Assembly: GCA_963726195.1 (NCBI GenBank)
Contig: CAVSBO010000003.1
Span: forward strand, 128,001-192,000
Origin: Candidatus Thorarchaeota archaeon
Lineage (GTDB): Archaea > Asgardarchaeota > Thorarchaeia > Thorarchaeales > Thorarchaeaceae
DNA length: 64,000 nt
Direction: 5' to 3'
Below are positions 10,726 to 22,190 of the stretch, one piece after another. Position numbers and translations under genes: made by a program. Under the pieces are notes generated by a model. That model saw nothing but the letters and a program-made list of their open reading frames with translations. It did not search any database and was not told the DNA's origin. Within the stretch, counting starts at the first letter, position 1, and every line of letters begins with the position of its first letter.

Positions 10726-11483
10726 TCATCCGTGGAAGAGGTCCTCACCTTGGTTTCTCACGATTTCTGAAGCCGAACCGGACGTCAAGTCGTACTTGAC
10801 ACCCCGGATTAGAGCAACTGGGATGCCTTCGTCGGCCTGTCCCATGACCAGCTCTGCAGCCTGAGCAAGCTCATCAGCCAAACACACAAGGGACGATCTC
10901 AAGCGGCGTCCGTAAGATCCTCCTTCCCGGCGTTCTTGAAAAATGGAGACATTCCCGCAACACCGATTGCTGTATTGATGGCTCCCTGTCGCCAAGGTCT
11001 TCCATGGGTATCCGTGATGATGACGGGTATGTGTACTCCGAATTCCTTGGACAGACGACTATGCAGTCTTCGAGCTGACTCATCGGGGTCGATTGGTAGT
11101 GCGACATAGCTCCCCATCGGAGCATTCTTCTGGTCCACGCCAGAAAAGTCGGTCACAATCCCCTGTCTGGTCTTAGTAATGAGAACCGGCTCTTCTCGAA
11201 TGACCTCCGATGCCTCTCTCAGAGCGATTTCCACCTTCTGGGGAGTCCTTCCCGTAGCTGCCGCAATGTGTGTTGCCCTTTCTGAGAGCTCAATCTCACT
11301 GTCGTGAAAGACTCGATTTTCGGCCATTGAGACAATAGAATGCGTTACTACCACAATGTCGCCTGAACGCAGCCTGATTCGAGACCGTTTTAGAGCTGTT
11401 CCGATAATGGAGGCGAGATCATCTCCAGGTTTCACCATTGGGATTCCCGAGAGCGGCACAATCTCCATGCTACGCACTGTCAT
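10726..11483 (-). CDS. cofE: Coenzyme F420-0:L-glutamate ligase, frameshift near 10920
   Basis: IPMVKPGDDL, SGVDQKN, DPDESAR, IITDTHGRPWRQG; then ADELAQAAELVMGQADEGIPVALIRG...DLF in ORF 10726..10995. Confidence 0.9.
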
Positions 11484-11729
11484 GTGGTTCTTTTCCTTCA
11501 GTTCTCCGAATCCGAGTCTCGGGCTGCATCTCGTTTCACGCTTTCAGAGCTCGAGTTCCAGAATCTGTAGTCAATGTTGAACCTATGTGGCAGACAGATT
11601 CCCTCGCTCTTAGGGATGGACGCTTGATTAAAACCCATCGATGTAGATGACCTTTCGGAAGGAGCGATAGTCCGTCTTCTAGGCAAAGCTTTTCATTAAG
11701 GACGATTTCAGGAGGATAAGTGAGCTGAC

Positions 11730-13475
11730 ATGTTTCTTACTCGCCCCGATACTTATCCCCTTGACCAGATGATAGACGTGGCGGCCGGAAGAACACGGGC
11801 CGACCTCGTGCTCAAGAACGGATCGGTCGTCAATGTGTTCACTGGAGAGGTTGCCCAAGGAGATGTTGCCGTTCACGCTGGCTTCATCGCAGGCGTGGGA
11901 CAATATGTCGGCAATGAGGTCATCGATATTCAGGGGAAGTACGTCGCTCCATCCTTCATCGATGGACATGTTCACATCGAATCGTCTATGGTAATGCCCA
12001 TGGAATTTGCCAGAGCGGTTGTGCCTCATGGTACCGGAGCTGTGGTCACAGATCCTCATGAGATTGCTAATGTCCTTGGCATGGAAGGCATCATGTACAT
12101 GAGCAAGAGCATGAGAGGGGGACCGCTCGAGGTCTACGTGATGTTGCCTTCGTGTGTCCCATCGACTGACCTCGAAACAAGCGGTGTGTCACTTGACTCC
12201 CTTGATATTCAACCACTTATGACAGAGTCTTATGTTCTCGGGCTTGCCGAGGTAATGAACTATCCGGGCGTAGTCTACAAGGATCCGCAGATTCTTGATA
12301 AGATTCGTGTCTCCCTCAGGCTCGGCAAGAGAGTCGACGGACACTGTCCACAGATTGCTGGAACCGACCTCATGGCGTATTCCGCCGCAAGGATTAGTTC
12401 AGACCACGAATGCACCACACTCGATGAGGCCAAACGCAAGCTCGCGGCTGGAATGCATATTCATATCAGGGAGGGCTCGACAGCAAGGAACCTCCACGAC
12501 CTCGCTCCTTTGATAACTCCACAGACCGCTATGTCATGCAGCTTCGTCACAGACGATCGAAACACCTTGGACCTAATGACGAAAGGCCACATAGACAGCA
12601 TGATCAGAGAAGCTATCAAGATTGGAGTAGACCCTGTCGTCGCAATCAAGGTAGCGACGCTGTCCACTGCCTGCCACTACGGCTTACGATACACCGGCGC
12701 CATCGCGCCCGGATACGTTGCAGACCTCGTGGTCTTGGATTCTTTGGACCGCATTGGTGTTGACATGGTATTCAAGCAGGGAGTTCTTGTGGCCAAGGAT
12801 GGCAAGATGGTCGACACATTCGGAATTCAGGAGCAGCCTAGACTGCGTCGGTCTGTCAATATTCATTTTCTGGAGCCCAAGGACTTCCTGGTGAAGGCAC
12901 GCGGTCCCAACATGAATGTGATCGGAATGATTCCACAGCAGATTGTCACAAAGCGGCTAATCGAAGAACCAAGGGTGATTGATGGCATCGTTGTACCAGA
13001 CATCGACAGGGATATTGCAAAGGTGGCAATCATAGAACGACACAATGCAACAGAGCCGAAAGCCATAGGCTTTGTCAAAGGAATGGGAATAAAGGAAGGA
13101 GCGATGGTGTCGTCAATTGCGCACGACAGTCACAACATCGTAGCAGTTACGACAAACGATCATGACCTCATAGAGGCAGCGGTGCAGCTGGTTAAGATGC
13201 AAGGGGGTCTGGCGATAGTCCGCGATGGAAAGGTTCTTGCTTCTTTGCCATTGCCAATTGCTGGGCTGATGTCAGACAAACACATCGAGGAAGTCAGCGA
13301 GGGTATAAAGCAGCTAAAAGAGGCGGCGCACACGCTGGGGAGCAACGTTGAAGACCCATTCATGGCTATGTCGTTTCTTTCATTGGCGGTCATACCGGAG
13401 CTGAAGATAACCGACTTGGGTCTGGTTCATGTCAAACGCTTCAGAATCATCGACCTATTCGACACGAAGGATTAA
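11730..13475 (+). CDS. ade: Adenine deaminase
   Basis: DGHVHIESS, DPHEIANV, DGHCP, HIREGS, AHDSHN, LSLAVIPELK; 581 aa. Confidence 0.95.
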   Translation: MFLTRPDTYPLDQMIDVAAGRTRADLVLKNGSVVNVFTGEVAQGDVAVHAGFIAGVGQYVGNEVIDIQGKYVAPSFIDGHVHIESSMVMPMEFARAVVPHGTGAVVTDPHEIANVLGMEGIMYMSKSMRGGPLEVYVMLPSCVPSTDLETSGVSLDSLDIQPLMTESYVLGLAEVMNYPGVVYKDPQILDKIRVSLRLGKRVDGHCPQIAGTDLMAYSAARISSDHECTTLDEAKRKLAAGMHIHIREGSTARNLHDLAPLITPQTAMSCSFVTDDRNTLDLMTKGHIDSMIREAIKIGVDPVVAIKVATLSTACHYGLRYTGAIAPGYVADLVVLDSLDRIGVDMVFKQGVLVAKDGKMVDTFGIQEQPRLRRSVNIHFLEPKDFLVKARGPNMNVIGMIPQQIVTKRLIEEPRVIDGIVVPDIDRDIAKVAIIERHNATEPKAIGFVKGMGIKEGAMVSSIAHDSHNIVAVTTNDHDLIEAAVQLVKMQGGLAIVRDGKVLASLPLPIAGLMSDKHIEEVSEGIKQLKEAAHTLGSNVEDPFMAMSFLSLAVIPELKITDLGLVHVKRFRIIDLFDTKD

Positions 13476-13489
13476 GCTCTTGTCTGGGC

Positions 13490-14313
13490 CTATTTCTTGC
13501 TTAGGCCAAGTATCTTCCTTGCCTCTTTCAGACTGGTTGCGCTTCTCTGAACCAATAACGATAGCAACTCGCCGCCCCAATGAAGACCAACAGAGTCGCT
13601 GAGCCGAACGCGGCCAGTAGTACGAGGACCAAGTACGGGTTGGGGTAGTACCTGAGGTTGAAGAACAAACCTCTTTCGACAAGCAACACAACCTCTACGA
13701 CGAGTAGCACTAGAAGCACTATGCCTGCGCCCAGCTGTCTTTCGTGAATATAGACTTGCAGTGCGGTCTGCAAGAGTATCGCCGAAACGAGGTTACCAAG
13801 AATACCAAGAACAACTACCGCGTCGCCTCTGATGAAGAAGTACGGAATATTCGATTGGTTGAGGCCCCATGACGTGAAGAATTGGATGTATACCATGGTT
13901 AGAATGAAGACGAGCTCGAAAACCATCATCAGAATGGCGCCTGAACCTGCAACATGAAGTACCGCGTTGTCCACGGAATCAGCCCAATCCATGTTTGTGA
14001 GCTGCTGGTATTCCGGATTGACTTGCTGTGCCCAGTTGCTTGCAGCAACGCATTCCTGCTTGTGACAGTTTGTGATTGTGAACAGCTTTCCCCCATAATC
14101 GCCAACTCGTTTTTCCATGCACTCTTCACAGATTAAGTCCCCACAGACATTGCACACAGCCACCGCAAGTCTGCCGGGATGGTTAACACAGTCTCTCTTC
14201 TGGGAACGGCCCAAGACCGGGCTGCCGCAGAACTCGCATCTGTTCACTTTGTCAGTGGGCCCAGCCTTCACTGCGCCACCGCAAACAGGGCACCTGATTG
14301 TCTCTGTAGACAT
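13490..14313 (-). CDS. Zn-ribbon plus B-box-like membrane protein; 3' frameshifts
   Basis: CPVC..CEFC..CVNHP..CNVCGDLICEEC..CHKQEC followed by 4 TM helices; rejoined end LKEARKILGLSKK*. Confidence 0.65.
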
Positions 14314-14321
14314 CTGTACGC

Positions 14322-15724
14322 TCACCTCGGATAGGGGCTTCTTTCGTTCTGAGGCTCCCGTAATGTCTTCGGATGCTGCCACGAGCGGCTAGGACCTCGC
14401 AGTGCGGACTCCTTCTTCTTCATGGGTTCGCGGTTCATGACTGCCTTCTCCCTCAGCTTGGTCGAGTGAGACAAAGTCGGTCCGACGTATGATCCGAACA
14501 GCCTCAACTGCTACGCCAACAAGCCCTGCATAGAACAGAATTGGAACAATCACAATTGCGCCAAGGAGGAGTGCGATTCCTGTGAGCACTGGGATGGCTA
14601 CAATGGCAATAATCATGGCTATTATCACGGCCCCGGCATTGTCATTACCACGATTGCCACGGTTCATGGAGGCGAGAACTCGGCCTGCAATCTCCAAGGA
14701 ATAGGCCATGATACGGAAGTACTTGCGCAGAAATCTGCCGTAAAGTGAACCCACCCTCGAGAACCTGGAGCCAGCTTTTGTGAAAAGCTCCTCAATCGGA
14801 ATAACCAGTGAAGTGGTTGTCACTGCAGGGCGATATCGACCTTCAAAGCATTTCGAGCATAGGAAGACAGTGGATCCCTTCCATCTGTCCTCGATGGGTG
14901 GCTCTTGGGAGGTTAGACATCGACGACAGAAATGCTCTCCACAGACAGCACAAGCGGCTGCAGCGAGATACTCAGGATGGTTTTTGCAGGGTACGAAGAC
15001 CCCGCTCAGTGCGAGCCTGACTCCACAGAACTGACATCGAATTGTGTTGTCTGAATCAGCCTTTGTCAGGGGCGTGGCGCCGCCACAGTTGGAGCAAAGA
15101 ATAGCCATTCCTTCTTCGGTTGTTACCTCGCGGGTCTGCATTATGCTCTGGCTCTCTTCCTCGGTCAGAGTTGTACGGCCGTCGCTCCCAAGAAGACTGG
15201 TCGACAATGGTGTCGGCATAAGGCCATGTTCAATCATTCTGGCCAATGCACGGTTCTCTTTCCACGCGAACTCCCTTGGCCGGGACAACATGCTTCCATC
15301 TGACAACCAAGTAGAGAACAAATAGGACCTGAGTGAGCAATATCAAAGCCGCAACAAGACCGATAGCCACTTCGGTGACCAATCCAAACAAGGGGACACT
15401 CCACTGATACTGTAGTCCCCAGTGAACCAGAAAGTAGCCTGCAAGCGCAATTGCCGCGAGGCTGTAAAGTAGCTGCGCGATTACTGCATTTCTTCTCAGG
15501 TCATCAACGTAGTTGCCTATTACCAGGCAAGGTATTCCCACGCAGACCAGTATCACCAACGCGTACATAGGAGCCAGAGGAGGGATTGAGGGACTCTCGT
15601 TGAGCCAAGCTGCGAACAGACCAAGTGATGCAAAGGTACCCAATAGTCCAAATGACATCTGAGTAATCCCGATAACTCTGAGACCATGAGGGCGTTCGAA
15701 TATCGTCTCTGCGGTTTGACTCAT
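14322..15724 (-). CDS. Membrane protein with Zn-ribbon plus B-box-like module; frameshifts near 15250 and 14455
   Basis: N-terminal 4 TM (15230..15745), then CSNC..CQFC..CKNHP..CAVCGEHFCRRC..CSKC and C-terminal TMs (14389..15321). Confidence 0.65.
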
Positions 15725-15968
15725 GTCGCTGTCTTCTCCCTGCATCCAATCAGAGGCGCTCTGTGTCTATGACTCGGTGACTTGATGACAGTCTTTTCTG
15801 CTTTGTGTCCTATGCACATGACTCAGACGAGACAACAACACTTCCCACCCTGCCCGGTGAGGGAAGGCGATGTCAGGCACAACTCTCATAAGCTGACGCT
15901 GGCGACATCGTCAACTCAGCCCCCAATTTGGGTAGCGAAGGCGTTCTCTTCAGGGTGAGAGTTCAATC

Positions 15969-16964
15969 GTGTTTGAGAGTCTCCCGAGGCATCGATTGGC
16001 CTTTCTTCCAACTCCGCTTCATCCAATGAAGAATCTGGGACAAACAATAGGTCTCAACGAGCTCTGGATCAAACGAGATGATATGACTGGACCGAGCTTC
16101 GGAGGGAACAAGACCAGAAAGCTCGAGTACGTGATTGGCGACGCGAAGGAGCACGGATGCGATACGCTTGTGACGGTCGGCGCAATACAAAGCAACCATT
16201 GCAGACAAACTGCAGCCGCGGCTGCCTCCGCAGGAATGAGAAGTGTTCTGCTTCTCGGGGGTGAAGAACCGGAGACCTACACGGGGAATCTCTTGCTGGA
16301 CAAGCTCTACGGGGCCGAACTGAAATTCATTCCCGATGAGGATTTCATGTCATTGAATGATAAGCTGGCCGTGGTTGTGCCCACGCTTGAGGACCTCGGT
16401 CTCAAGCCATATGCAATCCCTGCCGGAGCTGCGACCCCACTCGGCTCATTGGCGTATGCGGCCGCCATGGAGGAGCTGAAAGGACAGCTAGAGAACACGG
16501 ACTTCAAACCTGAACGCATCATTGTAGCCACGAGCACAGGTGGCACGCTCGCAGGTATGATTGCGGGAGCTCACTTGGTTGGACTTAACGCTGACATCCT
16601 AGGTGTTGATGTATATGACTCAGCAGACTCCGCGGTCTCCAGAGTCCGACAGCTCATCCAGAGAATGATCAAGGAATACCCATCGTTGATTCCGAAGTTC
16701 AGTCCTGAAATCTTGGTAACAGATCGTTTCATCGGAGAAGGCTATGCAAGAATGAACGACACCGAACTCAAGGCAATCGAGATGTTTGCCAAGCTTGAGG
16801 GTATCTTGCTTGATCCTGTCTACACTGGGAAGGCTGGTGTCGGACTTATTGAAATGGCCCTTTCCGGTGAGACCCCCAGCGATAGCCCGACTCTATTTTG
16901 GCACACCGGAGGGCAGCCGGCACTGTTCGCCTATTCCGAGGAGTTGACACGAGACCTTCAGTAG
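15969..16964 (+). CDS. dcyD: D-cysteine desulfhydrase / ACC deaminase family PLP enzyme
   Basis: WIKRDD, GGNKTRKLEY, GAIQSNH, LDPVYTGK, FWHTGG. Confidence 0.85.
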   Translation: MFESLPRHRLAFLPTPLHPMKNLGQTIGLNELWIKRDDMTGPSFGGNKTRKLEYVIGDAKEHGCDTLVTVGAIQSNHCRQTAAAAASAGMRSVLLLGGEEPETYTGNLLLDKLYGAELKFIPDEDFMSLNDKLAVVVPTLEDLGLKPYAIPAGAATPLGSLAYAAAMEELKGQLENTDFKPERIIVATSTGGTLAGMIAGAHLVGLNADILGVDVYDSADSAVSRVRQLIQRMIKEYPSLIPKFSPEILVTDRFIGEGYARMNDTELKAIEMFAKLEGILLDPVYTGKAGVGLIEMALSGETPSDSPTLFWHTGGQPALFAYSEELTRDLQ

Positions 16965-17018
16965 GCTTACTAGTAGGTTTCGCATGGAGCTTGGTATGTT
17001 ACAGGTTTCGATGCAAGT

Positions 17019-18038
17019 ATGAGCACAATGACGGGCTTTAATAGTCTGGAAGGAATCTCGGCATTGTCAGGGGGTAAAGCGTTGCACGGAAATGAGGATA
17101 CGGCCTTTGCTGATGCTTTCCAAGACCGTCTGGCTGCGGCTTCCACAGAGAAAGTGCGAATGGTTGTCCGAGAGCAGTACAAGGACGCATTTGACATACT
17201 TCAGGACTGCGAGAATGCCAACTTGATACCGGCGATAATCGGTCCCCCGGGCGTAGGCAAGACACTACTCTTGCGTGCGTACGCTCAGAATACGAACCGA
17301 TTGTTCGAATGGGTGACCGGGGATGAGGGAGTTCGCCCGTCCCACCTGATAGGTTCATTCAACCCCGCACTGGTTCTCAATCGGGGCTTTACTCTCGATT
17401 CATTCGAGCCGGGCCCGCTTCTCAGAGCGATGGTCTTCGGAGGAGTCTTTGGTCTGAACGAAGGCAATCGTTTGCCAGAGTATGTTCAGAACTCTTTGCT
17501 TGAGCCTTTTGAGGAGTTCAGCGTTAACGTGCAGAGGATTGGTAGGATAAAGGCACGTGATGGTTTCTTTCCAGTTCTCACGATGAATCCTGAGGAGATG
17601 GCAGGCGTTCACAGGCTCAGTGAGGCATTCAGAGACCGTGTGCGGGTATGGATAAAGTTAGGCTATCCTCGCAAGGAAACTGAAATCGAGATCATACGAG
17701 TCAATTGTCCTGAGTACAAGCTGAGTGATCACGTACTCGACAGCATATACAATCTGGTCTCGGCTACGAGGGCAAATACTGACGTCGAAGTACCTGCCTC
17801 GATTCGTGCAGGTATCTCGATTGCTCGGCTGGCGGCTGAGATGTCAAAGCGAGAGAATAAGCAGATTACTCATGAAGTACTGTCAGATGCCGCTCACCAT
17901 GTTCTTCTTGGAGGCCTGAAGTTCCGACCTGGGATTGACCCTGAACCTGCAGTGAGTCTTCTTGTTAGCAGGGCATTGGCTTCCAGCCGCTCGACAGCTC
18001 ATGTATCAGAGTCCAATGAAGATGAGACAAACAAGTAG
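17019..18038 (+). CDS. MoxR-family AAA+ ATPase
   Basis: Walker A GPPGVGKT, Walker B-like LNEGNR, QNSLL, TMNP, LSEAFRDR. Confidence 0.9.
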   Translation: MSTMTGFNSLEGISALSGGKALHGNEDTAFADAFQDRLAAASTEKVRMVVREQYKDAFDILQDCENANLIPAIIGPPGVGKTLLLRAYAQNTNRLFEWVTGDEGVRPSHLIGSFNPALVLNRGFTLDSFEPGPLLRAMVFGGVFGLNEGNRLPEYVQNSLLEPFEEFSVNVQRIGRIKARDGFFPVLTMNPEEMAGVHRLSEAFRDRVRVWIKLGYPRKETEIEIIRVNCPEYKLSDHVLDSIYNLVSATRANTDVEVPASIRAGISIARLAAEMSKRENKQITHEVLSDAAHHVLLGGLKFRPGIDPEPAVSLLVSRALASSRSTAHVSESNEDETNK

Positions 18039-18056
18039 GCTGGCGGTGCCTGAAGC

Positions 18057-20583
18057 TTGACGAGCAACCCGGTAATTACCCCGAACATGCAAAACGTGCC
18101 TGCGTTCGCCCACGAGTTCGTTCACAGAATGAGACAGAGCCCAGAAGCGAAAGCCAAGCCGAGCGTTCGTCAGACACAGGCGATTCCTGGTTTGCTCTCC
18201 TCAAGATTCTTCAAGAATGGCCAGCTGACATTGGATGATTTCATCGAGGCTGCTGTGTTCACTACATTTCCTCCTGACCAAAAGCTGGCACGCTTAGTCG
18301 CCGAGGATATCGTCTTTGGAAAGTCGTCAGAGAAAAAGATGGAGGAAGCCGCCCCCAGCCCAGAACAACAAATCAGCTCGAATGCACTTCAGGCTGTAAT
18401 ACAGCAGATACGACACGAACAGGAACTTGCCAAGCTGATCAAGAAGGAACGTGTACAAGCAGGTTATGACTATCTTCAAAAGATTCGAAAAAGACAGGAT
18501 ACTTCACTGTACGATGCTGCCAGAGATTACCTCAGCGACGGGGACATTGTGCTCCAAGGGATTTCCAGCGACAAACAGCTGAAGAGAACCGCTTCGCAGA
18601 AGCTTCTCGACAAGGCTGGCGACATGACCAGCAAAGACATTCTGAACTCCAAGGTGCTCGATGCTCTTGACGAATTATCTGAAGTGGAGAATGCCGCCGA
18701 ACGGTTGGCAGCGAAGGCATTGCGACGAGACCGAGATGTCACAACACAATTCGAGCAGCTGGCCATCAAGGATCCAGCGACCGCTGCCAAGGCGTTGCAT
18801 TACATGGAGGACATCAAAGTCTCCAAGTAAGGCGCAACGTGAAGCGATGGACACGGCCTTGCAGCAAGCGCTTCAGAATCTCAGTGACGCAGGAAATTAC
18901 TCTGCCCAGTTTGGAAGGGCGCCTGATAACCTGGTCGACCTAGCTAGGTCTGCTCCTTCTAGCTTTTCGCTTGGCGACTCATTTGAGTTTGCAAGCCAGA
19001 TCCAAAGTGGAACGGGTCTAGATATCCGAGAAGACCTGTTGCGTGAGTATGACAACCAGTACGATTCCGGCGCGTCAAAGAACATAGATGCAAGACAGCT
19101 GGCAGAGAACGCAATGGATAGTCCAAGTTGGAAGAACCTGGTTGACAAGCTCACGAACGACCTCATCCAGAACGCCTACTCCCGATCAAACCCCGCTGAG
19201 TACTTGGTTCAGAAGGTGAGTGAACATGTCGGCCTTCGCCAGAAGCTCCCTGATGCAAACACGGGGAAGAAGTGGGAAGAGTCTGTGCAAAGGCTAGCAG
19301 ATGCGGCAGCGGCACGGGCGACCAGCAAAGCTCACCTGCGTCAAATCGTGAAGTCATCCTCGAACGCAGGCCAAGCGCCAAGTTCCGAGGCCATCAGGAG
19401 CGCAGGGGAAGCATTGGGGATGACTGAAGAGGAGATAGGCGAGCTACTCAATCCATCTTTCGAGGTCATAAAGAAGCTAATTCAGCAAGGTGTGTCTAAC
19501 TTTGACAGACTTCACGACCTGATGTCTGCGGCCGGACTGAGCCATGACCAGCTTGAGCAACTCGCAGACTTGGCTCTATCAAAAGACAACCAAGCGGCAC
19601 TAGGGGCCGTCGCGCACATTGACCTGCATGCTGCTCTTGGCACCAATTCTCCCAAGATGGGATATAGAGGCGGACTGCGAGGCCAAGGCGTACCGTCTGG
19701 AAATCAACCCGGTCAAGACCGCGTCAATAAGGTCATGGGTGGTCTTCTTGGAGGCCCTGCAACTAACATCGTCAGAATATGGTATGCATATCGTGATGAG
19801 GTGCCCGATGAAGTCAGAGACAGACTAAGGGAAATCGCCAAGAAACTTCTAATCGACGTGGGCGAGCGATTCGCTCGTCAAACCATGGGAACATCCATGC
19901 TGGGAGGCCTGCAGGAGAGTTCAATTATCAGACCGTTCAGGATAGGCGACGAGACTGACCTGATAGACCTCGAGGAAACCATCGATTCCCTGCTTTCTCA
20001 GGGTAGAACGAGTCTTCAGATTCTGAATCCAGAAGACTTCCTAATCAACGAAACCTATCAAGGCCACAGAGCCTTCTTCTGGGCGCTGGACAAGTCAGGC
20101 TCGATGGAGAGTGCAGAGAAGCTCGGGATGCTTGCCATTGCGGTGATGGCAGGCGTATTCGCAGTGCAAAGAGATGACTTTGGAGTAGTCCTGTTCGATA
20201 ATGAGACGCATATCGTGAAGCGACTGGAAGATAGGCTTGCCTCAATAGACAAGGTTGTAGCAGACCTTCTCGATGTGAGGGCTGGAGGTGGGACCGGCGC
20301 GCGCACAGCTCTTGCTCTTGCACTAGCAGGTTTCAAGGAGACAAGAGCCAAAGAAAGAATTCTGATCTTGAACACGGACATGTACCTGAGTGATCTTGAA
20401 ATATGCGAGGAGCTGGCAGGCGAGATCAAACACCAGGACATAAAGCTCATAATAGTCGTACCCAGAATATCGAACAATGCGCAGGGGGCTGACGCTCTCG
20501 CAAAAGCCGCACGTGGGGTAGTTCTGGAAATAGCCAGCATAGAAGAGCTGCCTGAGAGACTGCTCCGACTCACTAACTACTAG
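18057..20583 (+). CDS. Large VWA-domain protein (MoxR partner), frameshift near 18820
   Basis: C-terminal MIDAS LDKSGSM, GGGT, NTD; N-terminal part in ORF 18057..18830. Confidence 0.85.
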
Positions 20584-21323
20584 GCCTGCGGGACGAACCC
20601 AAGTTTGGGTGCAAGCGACTTGTCCTTCACTTCGGAGACCCAGAACTTGTACGCGCAAGTGTACTCGGCGACTCGCATATCCATGAATTTTGAAGAGAAG
20701 AGCGACCTAAGGCACCTCATGAACCTGTAGAAGGGCTCCTTTGGTTGAGAAATCTCAGCCAAGCAGTTGATTTGGTAGCCCGGGGCGACAGCCTCGCCGG
20801 GTCTGTTCCACATAAAGGAAAGCGTGGCTCTTGGGTCTCGTTGGATGTTCGAGTATGTAACATCCTGGAACATCTCTACGGCGCCCAATCTCATTCGGTC
20901 GACCTTCTTGTCATCGACGTAGAGCCGCTTGTAAATGTCTATCCGTTCCTGTAGGGTTTGTCTGAATGGTCGGCCCTGCAAGGCAAGAAGCTCACCCTCA
21001 ATCTCGTCCATAGTATCCTCGATTGCTTCGTCTGTAAGCGTGAGTCTTACGAGCTTCGTAGCCGCGTTGATGGGAAACGGACCGGAGAGGTTGAGAGTGC
21101 AAACAGCAGGTTTCATCACACTTGAGCTGTATAGCTCCTCCACTCTGGCGTATGCTTCGACACTACCGTCCAGTGCGGACGCCATTGCTTCATAGATTGG
21201 GTCAGGAATTGCGTTTAGAGGATAGCAGACTAGTATCTGGTCCGGATACGTGACCTCGATTCTTCTCCTCTCGCGGTCGACGAACCAACCGATGGAGCCG
21301 TCCTCTTGCTGCAGAGTGATCAC
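20580..21323 (-). CDS. Pyridoxamine-5'-phosphate oxidase-like split-barrel protein
   Basis: TYSNIQRDPRATLSF and YQINC motifs. Confidence 0.55.
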   Translation of the reverse strand: MITLQQEDGSIGWFVDRERRRIEVTYPDQILVCYPLNAIPDPIYEAMASALDGSVEAYARVEELYSSSVMKPAVCTLNLSGPFPINAATKLVRLTLTDEAIEDTMDEIEGELLALQGRPFRQTLQERIDIYKRLYVDDKKVDRMRLGAVEMFQDVTYSNIQRDPRATLSFMWNRPGEAVAPGYQINCLAEISQPKEPFYRFMRCLRSLFSSKFMDMRVAEYTCAYKFWVSEVKDKSLAPKLGFVPQA

Positions 21324-21499
21324 CCTCAGAATCGTTCAAAGCACTTGCCGAATATAACGTAATTTGCGATGTTGCGGCATTATCTCGTGACTCTGCGAGG
21401 TTGGGTCATCGGGGCATGGCCCTACCAACTCAACTGAAAAGGATGATAAGACAAATAGGAATCAAGAGACAACCGCCATGGCTGCTCGGAGCTACGATA

Positions 21500-21784
21500 A
21501 TGGTCGAAGCGTTTGAGATAGACGAACAAGCAAGGCTCATACCCGCGGAGGAGTACGTGACACACACCGACTCCAGTAAGGTTCTGGTCTTCGTTGACCA
21601 CGAGAACAGAGTAGTCTATCTCTGGCGCGGAAAGAAAGCGACTTTTATGACCAAGCTCATGGGCACACGTGTGGCTGCCCGTTTGAGCCATTCTTATCCT
21701 GACTACCGTGTTCGTCCGATATCAGAGGATAATGAGCCTGCTGCATTCTTAGCGCTTATTGGCTTGGACCATGCTCTGGACTAA
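21500..21784 (+). CDS. Single-domain gelsolin-like protein
   Basis: VLVFVDHENRVVYLWRGKKAT...ISEDNEPAAFLALIG matches the gelsolin-repeat consensus (IYxWxG...E-x-x-EPxxF); ATG at 21500. Confidence 0.75.
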   Translation: MVEAFEIDEQARLIPAEEYVTHTDSSKVLVFVDHENRVVYLWRGKKATFMTKLMGTRVAARLSHSYPDYRVRPISEDNEPAAFLALIGLDHALD

Positions 21785-21839
21785 TCTGGAAGCTCTCATA
21801 TAGGCATTGACGCATTGGACTCAATGGTAAGTGGTATGA

Positions 21840-22190
21840 ATGTCGATAGACCCTCGAGCACGTCTCCATTGGATTCGAAACGTACGAAGGGGTCTGGTCG
21901 CTCGAACCAGCATAATTAGGAGGCTTGAGCGACAAGAGTGGAGCACAGTTCAGGACATAGCATACGATGTGAACCTGACGGCAGCAACGGTCCTGTACCA
22001 TCTCCATCACATGCATCGTGAAAGCATAGTAGAAAAGGAAGCTGAGGGCAGAAAGTGGGGGATGTCAACGCGTCATCAAACATCGCTTTCAGACTACCTG
22101 CAACCAGACACGCTCAGGAGGAAGAAGGAATCTCGAAGTTCCAAGAAGAAACGGACCCGATCAGCAGGAGACTCGGGTCAGCTCTCGTAA
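21840..22190 (+). CDS. Winged-helix DNA-binding protein
   Basis: STVQDIAYDVNLTAATVLYHLHHMHRESIVEK helix-turn-helix plus wing; basic tail. Confidence 0.75.
   Translation: MSIDPRARLHWIRNVRRGLVARTSIIRRLERQEWSTVQDIAYDVNLTAATVLYHLHHMHRESIVEKEAEGRKWGMSTRHQTSLSDYLQPDTLRRKKESRSSKKKRTRSAGDSGQLS

Noticed and set aside
20058-20573. Long antisense ORFs (for example 20058..20573, 33862..34401, 28359..28883, 26500..27003)
   Set aside because: Shadows of well-supported genes on the opposite strand.
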